Both the position numbers and the translations under genes were made by a program. Positions 27,001 through 39,500 of a stretch of 64,000 nucleotides of DNA are shown in pieces (within the stretch, counting starts at the first letter, position 1; each line of letters starts with the position of its first letter). Source of the stretch: Eledone cirrhosa (Eukaryota); NCBI GenBank assembly GCA_964016885.1, contig OZ024742.1, positions 164,052,001-164,116,000 on the forward strand. The letters are read 5' to 3'. The notes under the pieces are model-generated. The model ran no database searches. It was not told where the DNA came from and saw only the letters and a list, made by a program, of their open reading frames with translations.

Positions 27001-29450
27001 TCCCCCTGATTTTTTTTACAAATTATCTCCCCCTGATATTTTTTACAAATTATCTCCCCCTGATTTTTTTACAAATTATCTCCCCTTGGCTGGCTGGAAA
27101 TTATCTCCCCTTGGAGGCTGGAATTTATCTCCCCTTGGACGGCTAGAAATTACCTCGCCTTGGACGGCTGGAAAATATGTCTCCTTGGACGGCTGGAAAT
27201 TATCTCCACTTGGACGGCTGGAAATTATCTCCCCTTGGACGGCTGGAAATTATCTCCCCTTGGACGGCTAGAGATATTACCTCCCCTTGGACGGCTGGAA
27301 ATTATCTCCCCTTGATTTTTTTTACAAATTATCTCCCCCTGATTTTTTTTTACAAATTATCTCCCCCTGATTTTTTTTTACGAATTATCTCCCCCTGATT
27401 TTTTTTACAAATTATCTCCGCCTGATTTTTTTTTTTAAATTATCTCCCCTTGAACGGCTGGAAATTATCTCCCCTTGGACGGCTGGAAATTATCTCCCCT
27501 TGGACGGCTAGAAATTACCTCTCCTTGGACGGCTGAAAATTATCTCCCCTTGGACGGCTGCAAATTATCTCCCCTTGATTTTTTAACAAATTATCTCCCC
27601 CTGATTTTTTTTTACAAATTATCTCCCCCTGATTTTTTTTTACAAATTATCTACGCCTAAGTTTTTTTACAAATTATCTCCCCCTGATTTTTTTTTACAA
27701 ATTATCTCCCCCTGATTTTTTTTACAAATTATCTCCCCCTGATTTTTTTTTACAAATTATTTCCCCCTGATTTTTTTACAAATTATCTCCCCCCTGATTT
27801 TTTTTACAATCTCCGCCTGATTTTTTAAAAAATTATCTTCCCTTGGCTGGCGGGAAATTATCTCCCCTTGGACGGCTGGAAATTATATCCCCTTGGACGG
27901 CTGGAAATTACCTCCCCTTGGACAGCTGGAAATTATCTGCCCTTGATTTTGTTTTTACAAATTATCTCCCCCTGATTTTTTTTACAAATTATCTCCACCT
28001 GATTTTTAAAAAATTATCTCCCCTTGGACGGCTGGAAATTATCTCCCCTTGATTTTTTTACAAATTATCTCCCCCTGATTTTTTTTTACAAATTATCTGC
28101 CCCTGATTTTTTTTACAAATTATCTCCCCCTGATTTTTTTACAAATTATCTCCCCTTGGCTGGCTGGAAATTATCTCCCCTTGGTGGCTGGAATTTATCT
28201 CCCCTTGGACGGCTAGAAATTACCTCTCCTTGGACGGCTGGAAAATATTTCTCCTTGGACGGCTGGATATTATCTACCTTTGGACGGGTGGAAATTATCT
28301 CCCCTTGGACGGCTGGAAATTATCTCCCCTTGGACGGCTAGATATTACCTCCCCTTGGACGGCTGGAAATTATCTTCCCTTGATTTTTTTTACAAATTAT
28401 CTCCCCCTGATTTTTTTTTTACAAATTATCTCCCCCTGATTTTTTTACAAATTATCTCCCCCTGATTTTTTTTACAAATTATCTCCGCCTGACTTTTTTA
28501 AATATTATCTTCCCTTGGCTGGCGGGAAATTATCTCCCCTTGGACGGCTGAAAATTATCTCCCCTTGGACGGCTGGAAATTATCTCCCCTTGATTTTTTT
28601 TACAAATTATCTCCCCCTGATTATTTTTTACAAATTATCTTTCCCTGATTTTTTTTTACAAATTATCTCCCCCTGATTTTTTTTACAAATTATCTCCCCC
28701 TGATTTTTTTACAAATTATCTCCCCTTGGCTGGCTGGAAATTATCTCTCCTTGGAGGCTGGAATTTATCTCCCCTTGGACGGCTGGAAATTATCTCTCCT
28801 TGGACGGCTAGTAATTACCTCTCCTTGGACGGCTGGAAAATATGTCTCGTTGGAGGGCTGGAAATTATCTCCCCTTGGACGGCTGGAAATTATCTCCCCT
28901 TGGACGGCTGGAAATTATCTCTCCTTGGACGGCTAGAAATTACCTCTCCTTGGACGGCTGAAAATTATCTCTCCTTGGACGGCTGGAAATTATCTCCCCT
29001 TGGACGGCTAGATATTACCTCCCCTTGGACGGCTGGAAATTATCTCCCCTTGATTTTTTTTACAAATTATCTCCCCCTGATTTTTTTTACAAATTATCTC
29101 CCCCTGATTTTTTTTTACAAATTATCTCCCCCTGATTTTTTTTTACAAATTATCTCCCCCTGATTTTTTTTTACAAATTATCTCCCCTTGGCTGGCTGGA
29201 AATTATCTCCCCTTGGAGGCTGGAATTTATCTCCCCTTGGACGGCTAGAAATTACCTCTCCTTGGACGGCTGGAAAATATGTCCTTGGACGGCTGGATAT
29301 TATCTACCCTTGGACGGCTGGAAATTATCTCCCCTTGGACGGCTGGAAATTATCTCCCCTTGGACGGCTAGATATTATCTCCCCTTGGACGGCTGGAAAT
29401 TATCTCCCCTTGATTTTTTTTACAAATTATCTCCCCCTGATTTTTTTTAC

Positions 29451-29836
29451 AAATCTAATGATTTTTTAAAAAAAATTATCTCCCCTTCGCTGGCTGCAAA
29501 TTATCTCCCCTTGGACGCTGGAAATTATAGCCCCTTGGAGGGCTGGAAATTATCTTCCCTTGGACGGCTGGAAATTATCTCCCCTCGGCTCGAAATTATC
29601 TCCCCTTGGACGGCTAGAAATTATCTCTCTTTGGACGGCTGGAAATTATCTCCCTTTGATTTTTTTTACAAATTATCTCCCCCTGATTTTTTTTACAAAT
29701 CTCCCCCTGATTTTTTAAAAAAAATTATCTCCCCTTCGCTGGCTGGAAATTATCTCCCCTTGGACACTGTAAATTATAGCCCCTTGGAGGGCTGGAAATT
29801 ATCTTACCTTGGACGGCTGGAAATTATCTCTGCTTG
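29451..29836 (+). repeat. Divergent-monomer cassette, subtype 2
   Basis: Same motifs as subtype 1, plus GGCTGCAAA, CCTCGGCTCG, GGACACTGTAAA and TCTTACC. Confidence 0.85.
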
Positions 29837-32800
29837 ATTTTTTTTACAAATTATCTCCCCCTGATTTTTTTTTACAAATTATCCCCCCTGATTTTTTTTT
29901 ACAAATTATCTCCCCCTGATTTTTTTACAAATTATCTCCCCTTGGCTGGCTGGAAATTATCTCCCCTTGGAGGCTGGAATTTATCTCCCCTTGGACGGCT
30001 AGAAATTACCTCGCCTTGGACGGCTGGAAAATATGTCTCCTTGGACGGCTGGAAATTATCTCCCCTTGGACGGCTGGAAATTATCTCCCCTTGGACGGCT
30101 GGAAATTATCTCCCCTTGGACGGCTAGATATTACCTCCCCTTGGACGGCTGGAAATTATCTCCCCTTGATTTTTTTTACAAATTATCTCCCCCTGATTTT
30201 TTTTTACAAATCATCTCCCCCTGATTTTTTTTTACGAATTATCTCCCCCTGATTTTTTTTTACAAATTATCTCCGCCTGATTTTTTTTTTAAAATTATCT
30301 CCCCTTGAACGGCTGGAAATTATCTCCCCTTGGACGGCTGGAAATTATCTCCCCTTGGACGGCTAGAAATTACCTCTCCTTGGACGGCTGAAAATTATCT
30401 CCCCTTGGACGGCTGCAAATTATCTCCCCTTGATTTTTTAACAAATTATCTCCCCCTGATTTTTTTTTACAAATTATCTCCCCCTGATTTTTTTTTACAA
30501 ATTATCTACGCCTAATTTTTTTTACAAATTATCTCCCCCTGATTTTTTTTTACAAATTATCTCCCCCTGATTTTTTTTACAAATTATCTCCCCCTGATTT
30601 TTTTTTACAAATTATTTCCCCCTGATTTTTTTACAAATTATCTCCCCCCTGATTTTTTTTACAATCTCCGCCTGATTTTTTTAAAAATTATCTTGCCTTG
30701 GCTGGCGGGAAATTATCTCCCCTTGGACGGCTGGAAATTATATCCCCTTGGACGGCTGGAAATTACCTCCCCTTGGACAGCTGGAAATTATCTGCCCTTG
30801 ATTTTGTTTTTACAAATTATCTCCCCCTGATTTTTTTTACAAATTATCTCCACCTGATTTTTTAAAAAATTATCTCCCCTTGGACGGCTGGAAATTATCT
30901 CCCCTTGATTTTTTTTACAAATTATCTCCCCCTGATTTTTTTTTACAAATTATCTCCCCCTGATTTTTTTTACAAATTATCTCCCCCTGATTTTTTCTTA
31001 CAAATTATCTGCCCCTGATTTTTTTTACAAATTATCTCCCCCTGATTTTTTTTACAAATTATCTCCCCTTGGCTGGCTGGAAATTATCTCCCCTTGGAGG
31101 CTGGAATTTATCTCCCCTTGGACGGCTAGAAATTACCTCTCCTTGGACGGCTGGAAAATATTTCTCCTTGGACGGCTGGATATTATCTACCCTTGGACGG
31201 GTGGAAATTATCTCCCCTTGGACGGCTGGAAATTATCTCCCCTTGGACGGCTAGATATTACCTCCCCTTGGACGACTGGAAATTATCTCCCCTTGATTTT
31301 TTTTACAAATTATCTCCCCCTGATTTTTTTTTTACAAATTATCTTCCCCTGATTTTTTTTACAAATTATCTCCGCCTGATTTTTTTAAATATTATCTTCT
31401 CTTGGCTGGCGGGAAATTATCTCCCCTTGGACGGCTGAAAATTATCTCCCCTTGGACGGCTGGAAATTATCTCCCCTTGATTTTTTTTACAAATTATCTC
31501 CCCCTGATTTTTTTTTACAAATTATCTCCCCCTGATTTTTTTTTACAAATTATCTCCCCCTGATTTTTTTTTTACAAATTATCTCCCCCTGATTTATTTA
31601 CAAATTATCTCCCCCTGATTTTTTTTACAAATTATCTCCGCCTGATTTTTTTAAATATTATCTTCTCTTGGCTGGCGGGAAATTATCTCCCCTTGGACGG
31701 CTGAAAATTATCTCCCCTTGGACGGCCGGAAATTATCTCCCCTTGATTTTTTTTACAAATTATCTCCCCCTGATTTTTTTTTACAAATTATCTCCCCCTG
31801 ATTTTTTTTTACAAATTATCTCCCCCTGATTTTTTTTTACAAATTATCTCCCCCTGATTTTTTTTACAAATTATCTCCCCCTGATTTTTTTACAAATTAT
31901 CTCCCCTTGGCTGGCTGGAAATTATCTCCCCTTGGAGGCTGGAATTTATCTCCCCTTGGACGGCTAGAAATTACCTCTCCTTGGACGGCTGGAAAATATG
32001 TCCTTGGACGGCTGGATATTATCTACCCTTGGACGGCTGGAAATTATCTCCCCTTGGACGGCTGGAAATTATCTCCCCCTGATTTTTTTTTACAAATTAT
32101 CTCCCCCTGATTTTTTTTACAAATTATCTCCCCCTGATTTTTTTTTACAAATTATTTCCCCCTGATTTTTTTACAAATTATCTCCCCCCTGATTTTTTTT
32201 ACAATCTCCGCCTGATTTTTTAAAAAATTATCTTCCCTTGGCTGGCGGGAAATTATCTCCCCTTGGACGGCTGGAAATTATATCCCCTTGGACGGCTGGA
32301 AATTACCTCCCCTTGGACAGCTGGAAATTATCTGCCCTTGATTTTGTTTTTACAAATTATCTCCCCCTGATTTTTTTTACAAATTATCTCCACCTGATTT
32401 TTAAAAAATTATCTCCCCTTGGACGGCTGGAAATTATCTCCCCTTGATTTTTTTACAAATTATCTCCCCCTGATTTTTTTTTACAAATTATCTGCCCCTG
32501 ATTTTTTTTACAAATTATCTCCCCCTGATTTTTTTACAAATTATCTCCCCTTGGCTGGCTGGAAATTATCTCCCCTTGGTGGCTGGAATTTATCTCCCCT
32601 TGGACGGCTAGAAATTACCTCTCCTTGGACGGCTGGAAAATATTTCTCCTTGGACGGCTGGATATTATCTACCTTTGGACGGGTGGAAATTATCTCCCCT
32701 TGGACGGCTGGAAATTATCTCCCCTTGGACGGCTAGATATTACCTCCCCTTGGACGGCTGGAAATTATCTTCCCTTGATTTTTTTTACAAATTATCTCCC

Positions 32801-33845
32801 CCTGATTTTTTTTTTACAAATTATCTCCCCCTGATTTTTTTACAAATTATCTCCCCCTGATTTTTTTTACAAATTATCTCCGCCTGACTTTTTTAAATAT
32901 TATCTTCCCTTGGCTGGCGGGAAATTATCTCCCCTTGGACGGCTGAAAATTATCTCCCCTTGGACGGCTGGAAATTATCTCCCCTTGATTTTTTTTACAA
33001 ATTATCTCCCCCTGATTATTTTTTACAAATTATCTTTCCCTGATTTTTTTTTACAAATTATCTCCCCCTGATTTTTTTTACAAATTATCTCCCCCTGATT
33101 TTTTTACAAATTATCTCCCCTTGGCTGGCTGGAAATTATCTCTCCTTGGAGGCTGGAATTTATCTCCCCTTGGACGGCTGGAAATTATCTCTCCTTGGAC
33201 GGCTAGTAATTACCTCTCCTTGGACGGCTGGAAAATATGTCTCGTTGGAGGGCTGGAAATTATCTCCCCTTGGACGGCTGGAAATTATCTCCCCTTGGAC
33301 GGCTGGAAATTATCTCTCCTTGGACGGCTAGAAATTACCTCTCCTTGGACGGCTGAAAATTATCTCTCCTTGGACGGCTGGAAATTATCTCCCCTTGGAC
33401 GGCTAGATATTACCTCCCCTTGGACGGCTGGAAATTATCTCCCCTTGATTTTTTTTACAAATTATCTCCCCCTGATTTTTTTTACAAATTATCTCCCCCT
33501 GATTTTTTTTTACAAATTATCTCCCCCTGATTTTTTTTTACAAATTATCTCCCCCTGATTTTTTTTTACAAATTATCTCCCCTTGGCTGGCTGGAAATTA
33601 TCTCCCCTTGGAGGCTGGAATTTATCTCCCCTTGGACGGCTAGAAATTACCTCTCCTTGGACGGCTGGAAAATATGTCCTTGGACGGCTGGATATTATCT
33701 ACCCTTGGACGGCTGGAAATTATCTCCCCTTGGACGGCTGGAAATTATCTCCCCTTGGACGGCTAGATATTATCTCCCCTTGGACGGCTGGAAATTATCT
33801 CCCCTTGATTTTTTTTACAAATTATCTCCCCCTGATTTTTTTTAC

Positions 33846-34231
33846 AAATCTAATGATTTTTTAAAAAAAATTATCTCCCCTTCGCTGGCTGCAAATTATC
33901 TCCCCTTGGACGCTGGAAATTATAGCCCCTTGGAGGGCTGGAAATTATCTTCCCTTGGACGGCTGGAAATTATCTCCCCTCGGCTCGAAATTATCTCCCC
34001 TTGGACGGCTAGAAATTATCTCTCTTTGGACGGCTGGAAATTATCTCCCTTTGATTTTTTTTACAAATTATCTCCCCCTGATTTTTTTTACAAATCTCCC
34101 CCTGATTTTTTAAAAAAAATTATCTCCCCTTCGCTGGCTGGAAATTATCTCCCCTTGGACACTGTAAATTATAGCCCCTTGGAGGGCTGGAAATTATCTT
34201 ACCTTGGACGGCTGGAAATTATCTCTGCTTG
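33846..34231 (+). repeat. Divergent-monomer cassette, subtype 2
   Basis: Its 191-aa translation is identical to that of the 29451 copy. Confidence 0.85.
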
Positions 34232-34336
34232 ATTTTTTTTACAAATTATCTCCCCCTGATTTTTTTTTACAAATTATCCCCCCTGATTTTTTTTTACAAA
34301 TTATCTCCCCCTGATTTTTTTACAAATTATCTCCCC

Positions 34337-36590
34337 TTGGCTGGCTGGAAATTATCTCCCCTTGGAGGCTGGAATTTATCTCCCCTTGGACGGCTAGAAA
34401 TTACCTCGCCTTGGACGGCTGGAAAATATGTCTCCTTGGACGGCTGGAAATTATCTCCCCTTGGACGGCTGGAAATTATCTCCCCTTGGACGGCTGGAAA
34501 TTATCTCCCCTTGGACGGCTAGATATTACCTCCCCTTGGACGGCTGGAAATTATCTCCCCTTGATTTTTTTTACAAATTATCTCCCCCTGATTTTTTTTT
34601 ACAAATCATCTCCCCCTGATTTTTTTTTACGAATTATCTCCCCCTGATTTTTTTTTACAAATTATCTCCGCCTGATTTTTTTTTTAAAATTATCTCCCCT
34701 TGAACGGCTGGAAATTATCTCCCCTTGGACGGCTGGAAATTATCTCCCCTTGGACGGCTAGAAATTACCTCTCCTTGGACGGCTGAAAATTATCTCCCCT
34801 TGGACGGCTGCAAATTATCTCCCCTTGATTTTTTAACAAATTATCTCCCCCTGATTTTTTTTTACAAATTATCTCCCCCTGATTTTTTTTTACAAATTAT
34901 CTACGCCTAATTTTTTTTACAAATTATCTCCCCCTGATTTTTTTTTACAAATTATCTCCCCCTGATTTTTTTTACAAATTATCTCCCCCTGATTTTTTTT
35001 TACAAATTATTTCCCCCTGATTTTTTTACAAATTATCTCCCCCCTGATTTTTTTTACAATCTCCGCCTGATTTTTTTAAAAATTATCTTGCCTTGGCTGG
35101 CGGGAAATTATCTCCCCTTGGACGGCTGGAAATTATATCCCCTTGGACGGCTGGAAATTACCTCCCCTTGGACAGCTGGAAATTATCTGCCCTTGATTTT
35201 GTTTTTACAAATTATCTCCCCCTGATTTTTTTTACAAATTATCTCCACCTGATTTTTTAAAAAATTATCTCCCCTTGGACGGCTGGAAATTATCTCCCCT
35301 TGATTTTTTTTACAAATTATCTCCCCCTGATTTTTTTTTACAAATTATCTCCCCCTGATTTTTTTTACAAATTATCTCCCCCTGATTTTTTCTTACAAAT
35401 TATCTGCCCCTGATTTTTTTTACAAATTATCTCCCCCTGATTTTTTTTACAAATTATCTCCCCTTGGCTGGCTGGAAATTATCTCCCCTTGGAGGCTGGA
35501 ATTTATCTCCCCTTGGACGGCTAGAAATTACCTCGCCTTGGACGGCTGGAAAATATTTCTCCTTGGACGGCTGGAAATTATCTCCCCTTGGACGGCTGGA
35601 AATTATCTCCCCTTGGACGGCTGGAAATTATCTCCCCTTGGACGGCTAGATATTACCTCCCCTTGGACGGCTGGAAATTATCTCCCCTTGATTTTTTTTA
35701 CAAATTATCTCCCCCTGATTTTTTTTTACAAATCATCTCCCCCTGATTTTTTTTTACGAATTATCTCCCCCTGATTTTTTTTTACAAATTATCTCCGCCT
35801 GATTTTTTTTTTAAAATTATCTCCCCTTGAACGGCTGGAAATTATCTCCCCTTGGACGGCTGGAAATTATCTCCCCTTGGACGGCTAGAAATTACCTCTC
35901 CTTGGACGGCTGAAAATTATCTCCCCTTGGACGGCTGCAAATTATCTCCCCTTGATTTTTTAACAAATTATCTCCCCCTGATTTTTTTTTACAAATTATC
36001 TCCCCCTGATTTTTTTTTACAAATTATCTACGCCTAATTTTTTTTACAAATTATCTCCCCCTGATTTTTTTTTACAAATTATCTCCCCCTGATTTTTTTT
36101 ACAAATTATCTCCCCCTGATTTTTTTTTACAAATTATTTCCCCCTGATTTTTTTACAAATTATCTCCCCCCTGATTTTTTTTACAATCTCCGCCTGATTT
36201 TTTTAAAAATTATCTTGCCTTGGCTGGCGGGAAATTATCTCCCCTTGGACGGCTGGAAATTATATCCCCTTGGACGGCTGGAAATTACCTCCCCTTGGAC
36301 AGCTGGAAATTATCTGCCCTTGATTTTGTTTTTACAAATTATCTCCCCCTGATTTTTTTTACAAATTATCTCCACCTGATTTTTTAAAAAATTATCTCCC
36401 CTTGGACGGCTGGAAATTATCTCCCCTTGATTTTTTTTACAAATTATCTCCCCCTGATTTTTTTTTACAAATTATCTCCCCCTGATTTTTTTTACAAATT
36501 ATCTCCCCCTGATTTTTTCTTACAAATTATCTGCCCCTGATTTTTTTTACAAATTATCTCCCCCTGATTTTTTTTACAAATTATCTCCCC
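34337..36590 (+). repeat. 1,127-bp tandem duplication
   Basis: Offset 1,127 for anchors 34411/35538, 34725/35852 and 35464/36591. Variants AAATCATCTCC and TTTTTTCTTAC are shared by both copies. Confidence 0.85.
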
Positions 36591-39500
36591 TTGGCTGGCT
36601 GGAAATTATCTCCCCTTGGAGGCTGGAATTTATCTCCCCTTGGACGGCTAGAAATTACCTCTCCTTGGACGGCTGGAAAATATTTCTCCTTGGACGGCTG
36701 GATATTATCTACCCTTGGACGGGTGGAAATTATCTCCCCTTGGACGGCTGGAAATTATCTCCCCTTGGACGGCTAGATATTACCTCCCCTTGGACGACTG
36801 GAAATTATCTCCCCTTGATTTTTTTTACAAATTATCTCCCCCTGATTTTTTTTTTACAAATTATCTTCCCCTGATTTTTTTTACAAATTATCTCCGCCTG
36901 ATTTTTTTAAATATTATCTTCTCTTGGCTGGCGGGAAATTATCTCCCCTTGGACGGCTGAAAATTATCTCCCCTTGGACGGCTGGAAATTATCTCCCCTT
37001 GATTTTTTTTACAAATTATCTCCCCCTGATTTTTTTTTACAAATTATCTCCCCCTGATTTTTTTTTACAAATTATCTCCCCCTGATTTTTTTTTTACAAA
37101 TTATCTCCCCCTGATTTATTTACAAATTATCTCCCCCTGATTTTTTTTACAAATTATCTCCGCCTGATTTTTTTAAATATTATCTTCTCTTGGCTGGCGG
37201 GAAATTATCTCCCCTTGGACGGCTGAAAATTATCTCCCCTTGGACGGCCGGAAATTATCTCCCCTTGATTTTTTTTACAAATTATCTCCCCCTGATTTTT
37301 TTTTACAAATTATCTCCCCCTGATTTTTTTTTACAAATTATCTCCCCCTGATTTTTTTTTACAAATTATCTCCCCCTGATTTTTTTTACAAATTATCTCC
37401 CCCTGATTTTTTTACAAATTATCTCCCCTTGGCTGGCTGGAAATTATCTCCCCTTGGAGGCTGGAATTTATCTCCCCTTGGACGGCTAGAAATTACCTCT
37501 CCTTGGACGGCTGGAAAATATGTCCTTGGACGGCTGGATATTATCTACCCTTGGACGGCTGGAAATTATCTCCCCTTGGACGGCTGGAAATTATCTCCCC
37601 TTGATTTTTTTACAAATTATCTCCCCCTGATTATTTTTTACAAATTATCTCCCCCTGATTTTTTTTTACAAATTATCTCCCTCTGATTTTTTTTACAAAT
37701 TATCTCCCCTTGGCTGGCTGGAAATTATCTCCCCTTGGAGGCTGGAATTTATCTCCCCTAGGACGGTTAGAAATTACCTCTCCTTGGACTGCTGGAAAAT
37801 ATGTCTCCTTGGACGGCTGGAAATTATCTCCCCTTGGACGGCTGGAAATTATCTCCCCTTGGACGGCTGGAAATTATCTCTCCTCGGACGACTAGAAATT
37901 ACCTCTCCTTGGACAGCTGAAAATTATCTCCCCTTGGACGGCTGGAAATTATCTCCCCTTGATTTTTTTTACAAATTATCTCCCCCTGATTTTTTTTTAC
38001 AAATTATCTCCCCCTGATTTTTTTTTACAAATTATCTCCCCCTGATTTTTTTTACAAATTATCTCTCCCTGATATTTTTTACAAATTATCTCCCCCTGAT
38101 TTTTTTACAAATTATCTCCCCTTGGCTGGCTGGAAATTATCTCCCCTTGGAGGCTGGAATTTATCTCCCCTTGGACGGCTAGAAATTACCTCGCCTTGGA
38201 CGGCTGGAAAATATGTCTCCTTGGACGGCTGGAAATTATCTCCCCTTGGACGGCTGGAAATTATCTCCCCTTGGACGGCTAGATATTACCTCCCCTTGGA
38301 CGGCTGGAAATTATCTCCCCTTGATTTTTTTTACAAATTATCTCCCCCTGATTTTTTTTTACAAATTATCTCCCCCTGATTTTTTTTTACAAATTATCTA
38401 CCCCTGATTTTTTTTTACAAATTATCTCCCCCTGATTTGTTTTACAAATTATCTCTCACTGATTTTTTTTTACAAATTATCTCCCCCTGATTTTTTTTTA
38501 CAAATTATCTACCCCTGATTTTTTTTTACAAATTATCTCCCCCTGATTTTTTTACAAATTATCTCCCCCTGATTTTTTTTACAAATTATCTCCCCCTGAT
38601 TTTTTTACAAATTATCTCCCCCCGATTTTTTTTACAAATTATCTCCGCCTAATTTTTTTAAATATTATCTTCCCTTGGCTGGCGGGAAATTATCTCCCCT
38701 TGGACGGCTGAAAATTATCTCCCCTTGGACGGCTGGAAATTATCTCCCCTTGATTTTTTTACAAATTATCTCCCCCTGATTATTTTTTACAAATTATCTC
38801 CCCCTGATTTTTTTTTACAAATTATCTCCCTCTGATTTTTTTTACAAATTATCTCCCCTTGGCTGGCTGGAAATTATCTCCCCTTGGAGGCTGGAATTTA
38901 TCTCCCCTTGGACGGTTAGAAATTACCTCTCCTTGGACTGCTGGAAAATGTCTCCTTGGACGGCTGGAAATTATCTCCCCTGGGACGGCTGGAAATTATC
39001 TCCCCTTGGACGGCTGGAAATTATCTCTCCTCGGACGACTAGAAATTACCTCTCCTTGGACAGCTGAAAATTATCTCCCCTTGGACGGCTGGAAATTATC
39101 TCCCCTTGATTTTTTTTACAAATTATCTCCCCCTGATTTTTTTTTACAAATTATCTCCCCCTGATTTTATTTTACAAATTATCTCCCCCTGATTTTTTTT
39201 ACAAATTATCTCCCCCTGATATTTTTTACAAATTATCTCCCCCTGATTTTTTTACAAATTATCTCCCCTTGGCTGGCTGGAAATTATCTCCCCTTGGAGG
39301 CTGGAATTTATCTCCCCTTGGACGGCTAGAAATTACCTCGCCTTGGACGGCTGGAAAATATGTCTCCTTGGACGGCTGGAAATTATCTCCACTTGGACGG
39401 CTGGAAATTATCTCCCCTTGGACGGCTGGAAATTATCTCCCCTTGGACGGCTAGAGATATTACCTCCCCTTGGACGGCTGGAAATTATCTCCCCTTGATT

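Larger units (their letters stand above)
27671..37587 (+). repeat. 4,395-bp tandem duplication (27671-32065 and 32066-37587); the second copy is expanded by an internal 1,127-bp duplication
   Basis: Constant offset 4,395 for anchors 27843/32238, 28726/33121, 29262/33657, 30330/34725 and 31069/35464. The variant GGTGGCTGGAATTT is shared at about 28184 and about 32579. Confidence 0.88.
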
